Of a stretch of DNA of 64,000 nt, positions 8,923 to 19,500 are shown in pieces. How positions within the stretch are numbered: the stretch's first letter is position 1; each line of letters begins with the position of its first letter. The stretch comes from an uncultured bacterium (GTDB lineage Bacteria; Desulfobacterota; Binatia; HRBIN30; CADEER01), in NCBI GenBank assembly GCA_963757755.1, contig CAVWTK010000007.1, positions 132,629 through 196,628 on the forward strand, written 5' to 3'. A model generated the notes under the pieces. It saw only the letters and a list, made by a program, of their open reading frames with translations. It did not search any database and was not told the origin of the DNA. The position numbers and the translations under genes were made by a program.

Positions 8923-10020
8923 ATGGCGGCGGATCCGTTTCACGAACGCCTCTCCGAGCTCGGACCGGCGCTACTGAATGCGCTGGCGGCATTTGAAGAG
9001 GTGCGGCGGCGACTCGATCCACCGCAGATCCCTGGCCTGCGCGACGCGGTGCAGCCGATCGCGACGCGGCTGCACGCCGCGTTGGCGGCGTTCGCCGCGA
9101 CGGACGCTCCCGAGGGCCTCGGCGATCTCGCCTCGCAACTGCGCCAGTCCGCCGAGGCCGCCGACGCCGCGCTCGAGCTGTTCTGCGGCGAGGCCTCGCC
9201 GGCGCAGGCGATCCCGCGCGTCCTGCGCGCCATGCACGAGCACTGCCGCGCCCAGGAGCTGCTCTACCCGCTGCGCCGCGTGCTGCCGCCGGTGAGCCGC
9301 TTCTTTCTCGAGCCGGCGGCGCGCGACCGCACCGCGGAGCTCGACCCCGAACCCAACGCCGAGCAGCCGACCGGCATCATCACCGCCCGCCAGAAGGACG
9401 GCGCCCGCGGCGGTTTCTCGCTCTACGTCCCCGAGTACTACGACCCGACGCGCGATTGGCCGTTGATCGTCGCGCTACACGGCGGCAGCGGCACCGGCGG
9501 CGACTTTCTGTGGACGTGGCTGACCGAGGCGCGCAGCCGCGGCTGCCTGTTGCTGTCACCGACGTCGCTCGGCTCGACCTGGTCACTGATGGATGAGGAC
9601 ATCGACGCCCCCGCGCTGCGCGCGATGGTCACCTACGTGCGCGAGCACTGGCGCGTCGACGACGACCGCATCCTCCTCACCGGCCTCTCCGACGGCGCCA
9701 CCTACACCCTGCTGTGCGGCCTCCAGCCCGACATGCCGTTCACCGCGCTCGCGCCGATCTCGGGCGTGCTGCATCCGGCCAACCTCATGAACGGCAACCT
9801 CGACCGCGCCGCCGGCCGCCGCATCTATCTCGTGCACGGCACGCGCGACTGGATGTTCCCCGTCGCCACCGCCCACATGGCCCACCGCGAGCTGCAGCGC
9901 GCCGGCGCCGACGTCACGTTCCGCGAGATCGAGGATCTCTCGCACACGTATCCGCGCGAAGAGAACGCCCGCATCCTGGAATGGTTCGACCCGTCCCTGG
10001 CGCTACCGGCGGCAAGCTGA
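8923..10020 (+). CDS. alpha/beta hydrolase (phospholipase/carboxylesterase or PHB-depolymerase-type esterase)
   Basis: ORF 8662..10020 trimmed to ATG 8923. LIVALHGGSGTGGDF, nucleophile elbow TGLSDGA, late DLSH. An extra ~130-aa helical N-terminal region. Confidence 0.7.
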   Translation: MAADPFHERLSELGPALLNALAAFEEVRRRLDPPQIPGLRDAVQPIATRLHAALAAFAATDAPEGLGDLASQLRQSAEAADAALELFCGEASPAQAIPRVLRAMHEHCRAQELLYPLRRVLPPVSRFFLEPAARDRTAELDPEPNAEQPTGIITARQKDGARGGFSLYVPEYYDPTRDWPLIVALHGGSGTGGDFLWTWLTEARSRGCLLLSPTSLGSTWSLMDEDIDAPALRAMVTYVREHWRVDDDRILLTGLSDGATYTLLCGLQPDMPFTALAPISGVLHPANLMNGNLDRAAGRRIYLVHGTRDWMFPVATAHMAHRELQRAGADVTFREIEDLSHTYPREENARILEWFDPSLALPAAS

Positions 10021-10063
10021 CGAGCGATCGCCGTCACCCCGCCCCGGCGGCGCGACGGCTGCC

Positions 10064-11416
10064 TCAGCCCGCGCCAACCTCGGGCTGGGTGGCCCGCGAA
10101 CGCTGCACGGCCATTCGCGACCAGCTCTCGAGCACGACGCCGAGCGAGGTGGCGAACTCGCGCAATCGCGCCTCGTCGCGGGCGTCGAACGCCTGGCCGT
10201 CGCGCCGATTGAGCACCTGCGCCACAGCGAAGACGGCGCCGCGCCGATCGGCGATCGGAACGCAGAGAATGGTGCGCGTGCGATAGCCGGTGGCCTGATC
10301 GACCGCCGGATTGAAGAGGGGCTCGACATAGGCGTCGGCAATGTTCATGGCCCTGCCGGTGGCCGCGACCTGACCGACGATCCCGGCGCCGACCGCCACC
10401 CGAATGGCGAGCGGTTTCTCGCCGTCGCTCTGTGCCACCTTGGAGAAGAGCTCGCCGCGGGCCGCATCGACCAGAAACAGCGACACCCGGTCGGCACCCA
10501 GGATGTCGCCGATCTTGAGCGTGAAGGCCCGCAGCGTCTGCTCGAGCATGCTCTCGAAGGCGTCCGTGTTGCTCATCTCGACGACCCGGAGGAACTGCTC
10601 GCATTCCGCGGTCGCCTGCGCGAGCTCGCGCGCGAACTGCTCGACCGTGAGGCCGGCGACGTGACGGGCGAGCTCCCCCTTGCGGTTGTGCTGCGCCAGC
10701 ATGTCCATCATGTGCTGGGTGTTCGCGGTGACCGCATCGGTGAACGAGGACAGTCGGCCGTCCTCGAGGTGGATGATCCGGTCGGCGATGTCGAGGATGC
10801 GGTTGTCGTGGGTGACGAGCAGCACGGTGACGCCCTCGCCCTTGGCAAGGTCGTGCATCAGCGTGACGACGTCACGCCCCGACTGCTTGTCGAGCGATGC
10901 CGTCGGCTCGTCGGCCAGAATGATGCGCGGGCGCGCCGCCAGGGCGCGGGCGATAGCCACCCGTTGCTTCTGCCCGCCGGACATCTGATTCGGGAAGTAC
11001 TCGAGCCGGTCCCCGAGGCCGACCGCCTCGAGCATTTCGACGGCGCGGGACTTCATCTGGCGCCGCGACAGGTCGCGATGCAGTTGCAATGACATCTGCA
11101 CGTTCTGGGTCGCGGTCAGCGCGTCGAGCAGGTTGTGGCTCTGGAAGATGTAGCCGATCCGCTTGCGGACGCGCCCGACGGTGCCGGCGGAAGCGCCCTG
11201 CATCTCGTCGCCGAGGACCCGCACGCTGCCCTCCTGGACCCGACGCAGGGCGCCGACGAGGGTGAGCAGCGTCGTCTTGCCGGAGCCGGAGGGACCCGTG
11301 ACGATCACGATCTCGCCGGCGGCGATCTCGGTCGAGATGTCGAAGAGGATCTGCTTGCGCAGCCCGCCGGAGCCGAAGAAATGGTTGACCTGCGCAAGCT
11401 CGATCGGTGCGCCCAT
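10064..11416 (-). CDS. devA: ABC exporter ATP-binding protein (DevA-like) with C-terminal GAF domain
   Basis: Walker A GPSGSGKTT, signature MSGGQKQRVAIARAL, Walker B ILADEPT. Residues ~290-430 look like a GAF fold (ADRVSLFLVD...GIVGQVAATGRAMNIADAY...ILCVPI). Confidence 0.8.
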   Translation of the reverse strand: MGAPIELAQVNHFFGSGGLRKQILFDISTEIAAGEIVIVTGPSGSGKTTLLTLVGALRRVQEGSVRVLGDEMQGASAGTVGRVRKRIGYIFQSHNLLDALTATQNVQMSLQLHRDLSRRQMKSRAVEMLEAVGLGDRLEYFPNQMSGGQKQRVAIARALAARPRIILADEPTASLDKQSGRDVVTLMHDLAKGEGVTVLLVTHDNRILDIADRIIHLEDGRLSSFTDAVTANTQHMMDMLAQHNRKGELARHVAGLTVEQFARELAQATAECEQFLRVVEMSNTDAFESMLEQTLRAFTLKIGDILGADRVSLFLVDAARGELFSKVAQSDGEKPLAIRVAVGAGIVGQVAATGRAMNIADAYVEPLFNPAVDQATGYRTRTILCVPIADRRGAVFAVAQVLNRRDGQAFDARDEARLREFATSLGVVLESWSRMAVQRSRATQPEVGAG

Positions 11417-11422
11417 GGCCCG

Positions 11423-12577
11423 TCAGAAGATCTCCGCCGGATCGGCGGAGCGGATCTTGCGCAGTGCGATGGCCCCGGACAGGCAACACATGATCACCGC
11501 CAGGGCGAGGACGAATGCGGCGGTCGGCGCGGTCATCTGCAGCGGCAGCCGGGTCGCGTCGCTGGTCAGGCGATAGAGGTAGATGCAGATCCCGAGCGCG
11601 GGCAGGAAGCCGAGGACCGCGAGGATGATCGCTTCCTGGAAGACCACGCCGAAGAGATAGCGATTGGTGTAGCCCATCGCCTTCAGGGTGGCGTACTCGG
11701 CCAGGTGGTCGGAGACGTCGGCGAAGAGAATCTGGTAGACGATGATCGCGCCGACGACGAAGCCCATGATCACGCCGAACGTGAAGACGTAGCCAATCGG
11801 CGTGCTGTTGCGCCAATAGGCCAGCTCGCGGGCGATGAAGTCGGCGCGCGTGAGCACCACGACGTCGTTCGGCAGTCCGGTGCGAAGCGCGTCGCGCACG
11901 GCGATCGGGTCGCTGCCCGGGGCGAGGCGAATCACGCCGACGTCGATCAGACCCAATGGCCGCAACGGGTCGATGCGGAGAAAGTTCATGTCGCTGGTCA
12001 GCACACTGCCGTCGATGCCGAAGGAGGTGCCGAAGGTGAACAGTCCCTGCACGAAGACGCGCCGGTGGGACACCTCGGTCGTCACCGGCTCACCGGCGGC
12101 GACCCGCTGGGCAATCGGGCCGTATTCGGGGCGGCTGTCGCGGTCGAAGAGCACGACGTCCTCACGCCGGATGCGTTCACTCTGCTCGATGAGCCCTGGC
12201 AAGCGGATGCCCGGATCCGTGGGATCGACGCCGATCAACATGATGGTCCGCGTCTTGCCGGTGTCCGGATTCTTCCACAGCGTCACCTCGAGATAGATGG
12301 GTGTCGCCGACACCACGCCGGGCCAGGCGAGGGCCTGATGAAGGCGGCGGCGCGAGAAGCTCTTCGGTTGGGGCAGAAAGTCGAAGGTGGGGCTGACGAG
12401 GAAGAGGTCCCCGTCGAGCGCCTCGTGGAAGTGCACGGCGCTCTTGAACATCGCGGATTGGAAACCGAGCTGCATGAAGATCAGCACGACCGCGAAGGCC
12501 ACGCCGGCAAGCGCCACCGCCAGGCGGAGCTTCTCCCGCTTCAGTTGCAGCCAGGACAGTGGGATGCCGCGGGTCAC
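11423..12577 (-). CDS. devC: ABC exporter permease, DevC/FtsX-like
   Basis: 384 aa. N-terminal TM, a large periplasmic loop and a C-terminal 3-TM FtsX-type module. Flanked by the DevA-like and DevB-like genes. Confidence 0.75.
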   Translation of the reverse strand: MTRGIPLSWLQLKREKLRLAVALAGVAFAVVLIFMQLGFQSAMFKSAVHFHEALDGDLFLVSPTFDFLPQPKSFSRRRLHQALAWPGVVSATPIYLEVTLWKNPDTGKTRTIMLIGVDPTDPGIRLPGLIEQSERIRREDVVLFDRDSRPEYGPIAQRVAAGEPVTTEVSHRRVFVQGLFTFGTSFGIDGSVLTSDMNFLRIDPLRPLGLIDVGVIRLAPGSDPIAVRDALRTGLPNDVVVLTRADFIARELAYWRNSTPIGYVFTFGVIMGFVVGAIIVYQILFADVSDHLAEYATLKAMGYTNRYLFGVVFQEAIILAVLGFLPALGICIYLYRLTSDATRLPLQMTAPTAAFVLALAVIMCCLSGAIALRKIRSADPAEIF

Positions 12578-13422
12578 CGACCGATCACGACGTCGACTTC
12601 GAGATTGGTGAGGCTGGCCACTTCGTGCGGATCGTCCAGCCGGATCTCGACCTCGATCACGCGCGCGTCCGTCTTCGCCGCGGGGTCGACGCTCAGCACG
12701 TCCTTCTTTCCGACCTTGAGGCCGATGCGATCGACGGTGCCCTGCACGGGACCGCCGAGCGCCGGACTGGTGACGGTGGCGCGCTGCCCGACGTGCACCC
12801 GTCCAATGTCGGTCTCATAGACTTCGGCGATGACCGTCATCTTCTGCGTCTTGCCGATCTCGGCGATGCCCTCGGGCCCGACACGCTCGCCCTGGCGCGC
12901 ATGCACCTGCAGCACCTGACCGTCGACCGGCGACCGCACGATCGTCAGCTCGAGCTCGGCGGCGGCGCGATCCCGTTGCGCATGGAGTGACGCGACCTTC
13001 ATCTGCCAGGTCTCGTACTCCGAATTCGACACCACACCCTGGCCACGCAACGACTGCGAGCGTTGCCACTCCGCCTCGGCGTTGCGCAGCTGAGCATCGA
13101 TCTCGGCGACAATGGCTTCGCTCACCGCGTGCGTGTCGAGCACCGCGATGGGCTGCCCAGCCTTCACGGGGTCGTTGTCGTCGACCAGCAGTTGGCCGAT
13201 GACCACCGCCGGCTGCGATGGACCGGCGACGTGGATCACCCCATCATCGGGTTCGATGCGGCCGAGCGCGGCCACCGTGCCGTCGGGCGTGGCCGGCGCC
13301 GCCGGTGCGACTCGCGCCACGTCGGCGTCCACCGGCCGCAGGGAGATCAGGCCTGCCAGCGCCAGCGCGCCGGCGACGGCGGCGAGCAGCAGCAGTCCAA
13401 CAATCACTCGCCGGACGTCCAT
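12574..13422 (-). CDS. devB: HlyD/DevB-family membrane fusion protein
   Basis: N-terminal anchor, a coiled-coil segment (EAEWQRSQSL...QMKVASLHAQRDRAAAELE) and barrel-sandwich motifs. A 4-nt overlap with devC. Confidence 0.75.
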   Translation of the reverse strand: MDVRRVIVGLLLLAAVAGALALAGLISLRPVDADVARVAPAAPATPDGTVAALGRIEPDDGVIHVAGPSQPAVVIGQLLVDDNDPVKAGQPIAVLDTHAVSEAIVAEIDAQLRNAEAEWQRSQSLRGQGVVSNSEYETWQMKVASLHAQRDRAAAELELTIVRSPVDGQVLQVHARQGERVGPEGIAEIGKTQKMTVIAEVYETDIGRVHVGQRATVTSPALGGPVQGTVDRIGLKVGKKDVLSVDPAAKTDARVIEVEIRLDDPHEVASLTNLEVDVVIGR

Positions 13423-13483
13423 CAGTGCGGCACAGCGGTCGTGCTCCGATCGGTCATTGTCTACCTAGAACGGGGTGCGCGCG

Positions 13484-13512
13484 ATAGTAGTGCCCTAGTA
13501 CTGAGACCGCAA
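13484..13512 (-). promoter_or_regulatory. candidate sigma70-type promoter for devBCA
   Basis: The minus strand reads TTGCGG-N17-TACTAT, about 60 nt upstream of the devB ATG, in a locally AT-richer patch. Confidence 0.3.
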
Positions 13513-13748
13513 CTCGCGCAGAGCATGTGCACCGGCCCGGGCGCGCGTGCTCACCAGACCGCACGCTCACCCGTGTCGGCGCTTTCGCTCTGCCACGCCG
13601 ATCAGCGTCGCACCCCGCGCACCAGGGCGGTCGCCGAAAGCGGAGGAGGACCCGGGATCGGCGACCCAGGGCGGTGTCAGGGCGTTGTTCGCCGGGGCGG
13701 ATTGTTCATTGCCGATCGTTCGGTTGGCCAGAGATCCGAGGCCGCCTA

Positions 13749-14287
13749 CTACGGTTCCCCGTGCCACATCTCGATCGGCAGGCGGTACAGCACGTGCGGC
13801 ATGCCGGCCCAGATGACGTCGCGCTCGTAGAGAAAGCCGACGCGCTGCATGACACCGCGTGAGGCGTAGTTGGTCGGGAGGGTGAAGGCGACGAGATCCT
13901 CGCGTCCGAGTTGCTCGAAGCCCACGCGCGCGCACGCGCGCGCCAGCTCGGTGGCGATGCCGCGGCCCCAGTACTGCGGCATCAGGGCGTAGCCGACCTC
14001 GACCTCGTCGCCACCACCAACCACGACGCGGCGCAGTCCGCCGCGGCCCATGAAGTCGCCGCTCTCCGGATCGCGCGCCATCCAGTACCCGAAGCCGTGC
14101 GCCTCCCAGTGGGCCATCAACTGCTGCAGGATGTCGGCGCTGACCTCGTCGGAGCGCACCCCGCCGAGCGTCGCCATGACCTGCCGATCGCGGTGCATGC
14201 GGCAGAGGTCGGGGAAGTCCTCGCTGCCGATGCGGCTGAGCAGGAGCCGCGGCGTGCGCAGCCGTGAGAGATCCTCGGGCATCCGCC

Positions 14288-14291
<4 letters not shown>
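13749..14291 (-). CDS. GNAT family N-acetyltransferase (RimJ/RimL-like)
   Basis: TPRLLLSRIGSEDFPDL..., QYWGRGIATELARA (acetyl-CoA binding Q/RxxGxG/A motif). Confidence 0.8.
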
Positions 14292-15082
<791 letters not shown>

Positions 15083-15130
15083 GGGCGGCTCCTTCGGCGC
15101 GTTGTGTGGCAGGCGCGGGATGAGACGGCA

Positions 15131-15238
15131 AGGAGCGCGGGCCTCCAGGCCCGTCGGGTCGGCGCAGCCGACCCGGTGCGCGGGGCCTCGCACTGCGCCG
15201 CCCCGCGGGCGGCGACGGGCCTGGAGGCCCGCGCTCCT
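15131..15238. repeat. GC-rich nested palindromic element, AGGAGCGCGGGCCTCC type
   Basis: Perfect 26-bp arms aggagcgcgggcctccaggcccgtcg / cgacgggcctggaggcccgcgctcct, with inner hairpins. Confidence 0.85.
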
Positions 15239-15241
15239 ACG

Positions 15242-15745
15242 CTATGCTGCGCGCGAGCCCAGGATCCTGGCGATGATTTCGTCGACCGGCAGCGTCGCGT
15301 CGATCACCAGCGCGTCCTGCGGCTCCTCCAACGTCGCCAACTGGCTCTCGAGCAACGCCGGCCCAAAGAAGTGCCCGCGCCGAGCCGCCAGCCTCTCCGC
15401 CAGCACGGCGCGATCGGCGCGCAGATACACGAGCCGCGCGCGGGCGATCCCGTCGAGCAGCACCGCGCGATACGCCGCCCTCAGCGCCGAGCACGCGAGC
15501 ACCACGCCCTGATCTGCCGCCGCGTACCGCGCCAGCACGTCGTGCAGCGCCGCCAGCCACGGCGCGCGGTCGGCGTCGTCGAGCGGCTCGCCACGTTGCA
15601 TCTTGGCGCGGTTCGCCGGTGGGTGCAGGTCGTCGGCGTCGACGAACCCGGCGCCGAGCCGCGCCGCGAGCCGCGTGCCGACCGTGCTCTTACCGGAGCC
15701 GGCGGCGCCCATGATCACGATCGACGGCGCCGGCGTACCGGCCAT
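15242..15745 (-). CDS. gntK: gluconokinase
   Basis: P-loop GAAGSGKSTVG followed by FVDADDLHPPANRAKMQRGEPLDDADRAPWL, which is typical of GntK-type kinases. Confidence 0.8.
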   Translation of the reverse strand: MAGTPAPSIVIMGAAGSGKSTVGTRLAARLGAGFVDADDLHPPANRAKMQRGEPLDDADRAPWLAALHDVLARYAAADQGVVLACSALRAAYRAVLLDGIARARLVYLRADRAVLAERLAARRGHFFGPALLESQLATLEEPQDALVIDATLPVDEIIARILGSRAA

Positions 15746-15764
15746 GGCGGAGGCGGCGGCGCGC

Positions 15765-17306
15765 TCAGGGGCGCGACGCGACCACGGACGACGGCGGCGC
15801 CGGCGCGTCCGCCATCCAGTGCGTCGCGCCGGCTTTGGTGAGCCGTCCCAACAGCATCTGGGTCGTCGGCTCGATGCGGTCGAGGAACGGCTTCGGGTAG
15901 AGGCCGATCCAGAAGATCATGCACGAGGATCGGGGCGATCGCGAGCACCTCGCGCACCGAGAGATCCTCGAGCGTCTTGTTCACGGCGTGCTTCACCGGG
16001 CCGAAGAAGACGTGCTTGTAGAGCGTCAGCATGTAGGCGGCGCCAAGCACGACGCCGAAGGACGCCGATGCCGCCCGCCAGCCAGTGGGCGCGGAAGGCG
16101 CCGAGCAGGATGAGGAACTCGCCGACGAAGCCGTTGGTCCCCGGCAGGCCGATCGACGACAGCGTGATGACCAGGAAGAGCGCCGCGAACGTCGGCATGA
16201 TGCTCCACAGCCCGCCGTACTCCTCGATCAGGCGCGTGTGGCGGCGATGGTAGATGTAGCCGACGAGGATGAAGAGCGCGCCGGTCGACAGGCCGTGGTT
16301 GATCATCTGCAGCACGCTGCCGGTCACGCCGACGTTGTTGAAGGCATAGAGGCCGAGCATGACGAAGCCCATGTGGCTCACGGACGAGTAGGCCACCAGC
16401 CGCTTCATGTCGGGCTGCAGCAGCGCGACCATGGCGCCGTAGATGATGCCGACCACCGCCAGGGTCATGATCACCGGGAACGCCTGCTCGGCGGCGTGCG
16501 GGAACATCGGCAGCGAGAAGCGCAGGAACGCCGTAGCAGCCCATCTTCAGGAGGACGCCGGCGAGATCGACCGAGCCGCCGGTCGGCGCTTCGGTGTGCG
16601 CGTCGGGCAGCCAGGTGTGCAGCGGCACCATCGGCACCTTGATCATGAACGCCAAGGTGAACGCGGCGAACAGGAGCACCTGCTCGAGGTCGGTGAGGTC
16701 CACCGAATAGAGCGTGACGATGTCGAAGGTGAGCGGATGCGTCTGCGCGTGGCGCAGGACGAGGTAGATCATGCCGGCCAGCATCAGCGCGCTGCCGCTC
16801 ATGGTGAAGAGCACGAACTTGATCGTCGCGTAGCGGCGGTTCGGGCCGCCCCACACGCCGATGATGAAGAACATCGGGAACAGCATCAGCTCCCAGAAGA
16901 GGAAGAACAGGAACAGGTCGACCGCCAGCAGCGCGCCGAGCATCATCCCCTCGAGGGCGAGGATGAGCATCATGAACTGCTTGCAGTTCTTCACGATGTC
17001 GCCCCACGCCGCGAGGATGATCGAGGGCGTCAGCAGGGTGGTCAGGAGCACGAGCCACAGCGAGAAGCCGTCGACGCCGAGCGCGTAATTGACGCCGAGG
17101 GCGGGGATCCACACGGCGCGCTCGGTGAGCTGCAGATCGCCGACCCCGGCCTGGAACATCGCCAGCATGATCAGTGCGAGCCCGAAGGGGATGAGCGAGA
17201 ACGCAAACGCCGCGCGGCGCGGGATCTGGAGCGGCTCGCCCGGGAGCAGGCCGATGAGGAACGCGCCGGCGAGCGGTGAGAAGATGATCAGCGACAGGAT
17301 CGGCAT
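15765..17306 (-). pseudogene. nuoM: NADH-quinone oxidoreductase chain M-like antiporter subunit, at least 3 frameshifts
   Basis: Conserved NuoM sequence is split over ORFs 16026..17336, 15917..16507 and 15715..16050. The last 55 codons (IFWIGLYPKPFLDRIEP...) are in a further frame after an extra C near 15925. Whether it is truly a pseudogene or a sequencing artefact is unresolved. Confidence 0.8.
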
Positions 17307-17316
17307 CGCGCGCCCC

Positions 17317-19251
17317 TCAGACCACCAGTATCGCAACCACGAACAGGGCGCCGATCAGCATCGCCAACGCGTACGCCTGCACGTTGCCGGTCTGCAGCCG
17401 GCGGACGCGGCCGCCGATGACGCGGACGAGGTCGCCGACGCCATTCACGGCACCGTCGATGTACTCCGTGTCGACCACCTGCCAGAAGTAGCGCGACAGG
17501 CGCACGTACGGCTGGATGAACAGCATGTCGTAGAGCTCGTCGACGTAGTACTTGTTCCACAGCACCCGGTACACCGCGCTGAGACGCGCGGCGATGCGGT
17601 CGGCGAGGTCCGACGGCTGGCCGTACATCAGATAGTCGAGCCCGATGCCGGCCAGGCCGACGCCGCTGGCGACGGCGATGAGGAACACGAGCGTACCGGT
17701 CGTCGGGTGAGGCACGTGCCGCGAGCATCGCCACCGACGGCTCGAGGTAGTGGCCGATCTCGTCGCCCCACAGCAAGCCGTGCGGCAGGCCGATCCAGCC
17801 GCCGAACGCCGACGAGCACCGCCAGCACGATCAGCGGGATCGTCATGGTGCTCGGCGACTCGTGCAGGTGGTGCGCTTTCTCCGGATCGACGCGGCTCGT
17901 CGCCCTCGAAGGCGAGGAAATAGGCGCGGAAGACGTAGAAGGCGGTCATGCCGGCGGCGACGACGCCGATCAGCCACAGCCAGGTGTGGCCGCTCATGTA
18001 GGCGGCCTCGAGGATCATGTCCTTCGAGAAGAAGCCGGAGAAGCCGGGGAAGCCGGAGATCGCCAGGGCCGCGACCAGGAAGGTGCGCGCGGTGATCGGC
18101 ATCTGCCTTCTTCAGGCCGCCCATCTTGAAGACGTCGAGCTCGCCGTGCATCGCGTGCATGACGCTGCCGGCGCAGAGGAACAGGCAGCGCCTTGAAGAA
18201 GGCGTGCGTCATCAGATGGAAGATCGCCGCCGAGAAGGCGCCGCAGCCGAGGGCGAGGAACATGTAGCCGAGCTGCGAGACGGTCGAGTAGGCGAGGATC
18301 TTCTTGAGGTCGCGCTGCACGAGGCCGATGGTCGCCGCGAAGAACGCGGTGGCGGCACCGATGATGGCGACGAGGTTCAACGTCTCCGGCGAGAGCACGT
18401 AGAGCGGCGACAGGCGGGCGATCATGTAGACGCCGGCGGTCACCATGGTGGCGGCGTGGATCAGCGCCGAGACCGGCGTCGGGCCGGCCATCGCGTCGGG
18501 CAGCCAGACGAACAGCGGAATCTGCGCCGACTTGCCGGTGGCGCCGATGAACAGCAGCAGGCAGACGGCCGTGACCACCGCCGGCGACCACTCCGCCAGC
18601 TTGCGGCGCGAGGCGGTTGATGTCGGCGAAGACCAGCGTCGGCGAATCGACCTGACCGAGGCTCCAGAAGAGCAGGAACATGCCGACCAGGAAGGCGGCG
18701 TCGCCGATGCGGTTGGCGATGAAGGCCTTGCGGCCGGCATCGGCGTTGGCCTCGTCGAGGTACCAGAAGCCGATCAGCAGATACGAGCAGAGGCCGACGC
18801 CCTCCCAGCCGATGAACATCATCGGCAGCGAGTCGCCGAGCACCAGGATCAGCATCGCCGTGGTGAACAGGTTCAGGTAGGCGAAGAACCGCGCCACGTC
18901 CGGATCGTCGTGCATGTAGCCGAGCGAGTAGACGTGGATGAGGAAGCCGACGCCGGTGATGATGAGGATCATCACGCTCGTCAGGTGATCGACGCGGAAG
19001 GCGGCCTCGAGGGTCAGCGGCGTCGCATGGATCCACGTGTACATGCGGTCGAGCAGCGCGCCCTCGGGCGGGAGCTGCAGGAGCTGGCCCACCGTGACCA
19101 GGGCGAACGCGAACGCCGCCAAGACCGACAGCGGACCCGCGAGCTTCGCCAGCGCCGCGCGGTTGGTCTTCGCGGCGATCAGGCAGAGGATCGTGCCGAT
19201 CAACGGACAGAGCACGATCCAGCGGAGGAGGGCCGTTTCGACTACGGGCAT
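17317..19251 (-). pseudogene. nuoL: NADH-quinone oxidoreductase chain L-like antiporter subunit, at least 6 frameshifts
   Basis: The N-terminus [14 protein letters not shown]...[17 protein letters not shown] is in the frame of ORF 18112..20316. It continues in ORFs 18015..18740, 17843..18160, 17317..18102, 17628..17846 and 17288..17776. Full length is about 645 codons. Confidence 0.8.
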
Positions 19252-19321
19252 ATCATTAGCGGGGTTGAACAGCCGCCGGTTCTTGCATGAACGGTTCGAC
19301 GCGGCAAGTCTAGACTGCGCC

Positions 19322-19489
19322 AGGAGCGCGGGCCTCCGTGCCCGTGGCGACGCGGAGCGTCGCCGGAGTGGACGCGGCGGCAGGCGCGAGACACCATCGG
19401 TCTCGGCGAGCATGCATGTCAACGCCACGCCCGCCGCGCTCCTCCGGGCGACGCTCCGCACCGCCACGGGCACGGAGGCCCGCGCTCCT
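19322..19489. repeat. GC-rich nested palindromic element, AGGAGCGCGGGCCTCC type (long form)
   Basis: 43-nt arms with 2 mismatches. The inner mini-hairpin is GGCGACGCGGAGCGTCGCC. It lies in the divergent nuoL/MHS promoter region. Confidence 0.85.
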
Positions 19490-19500
19490 TCCCGCCCCAC

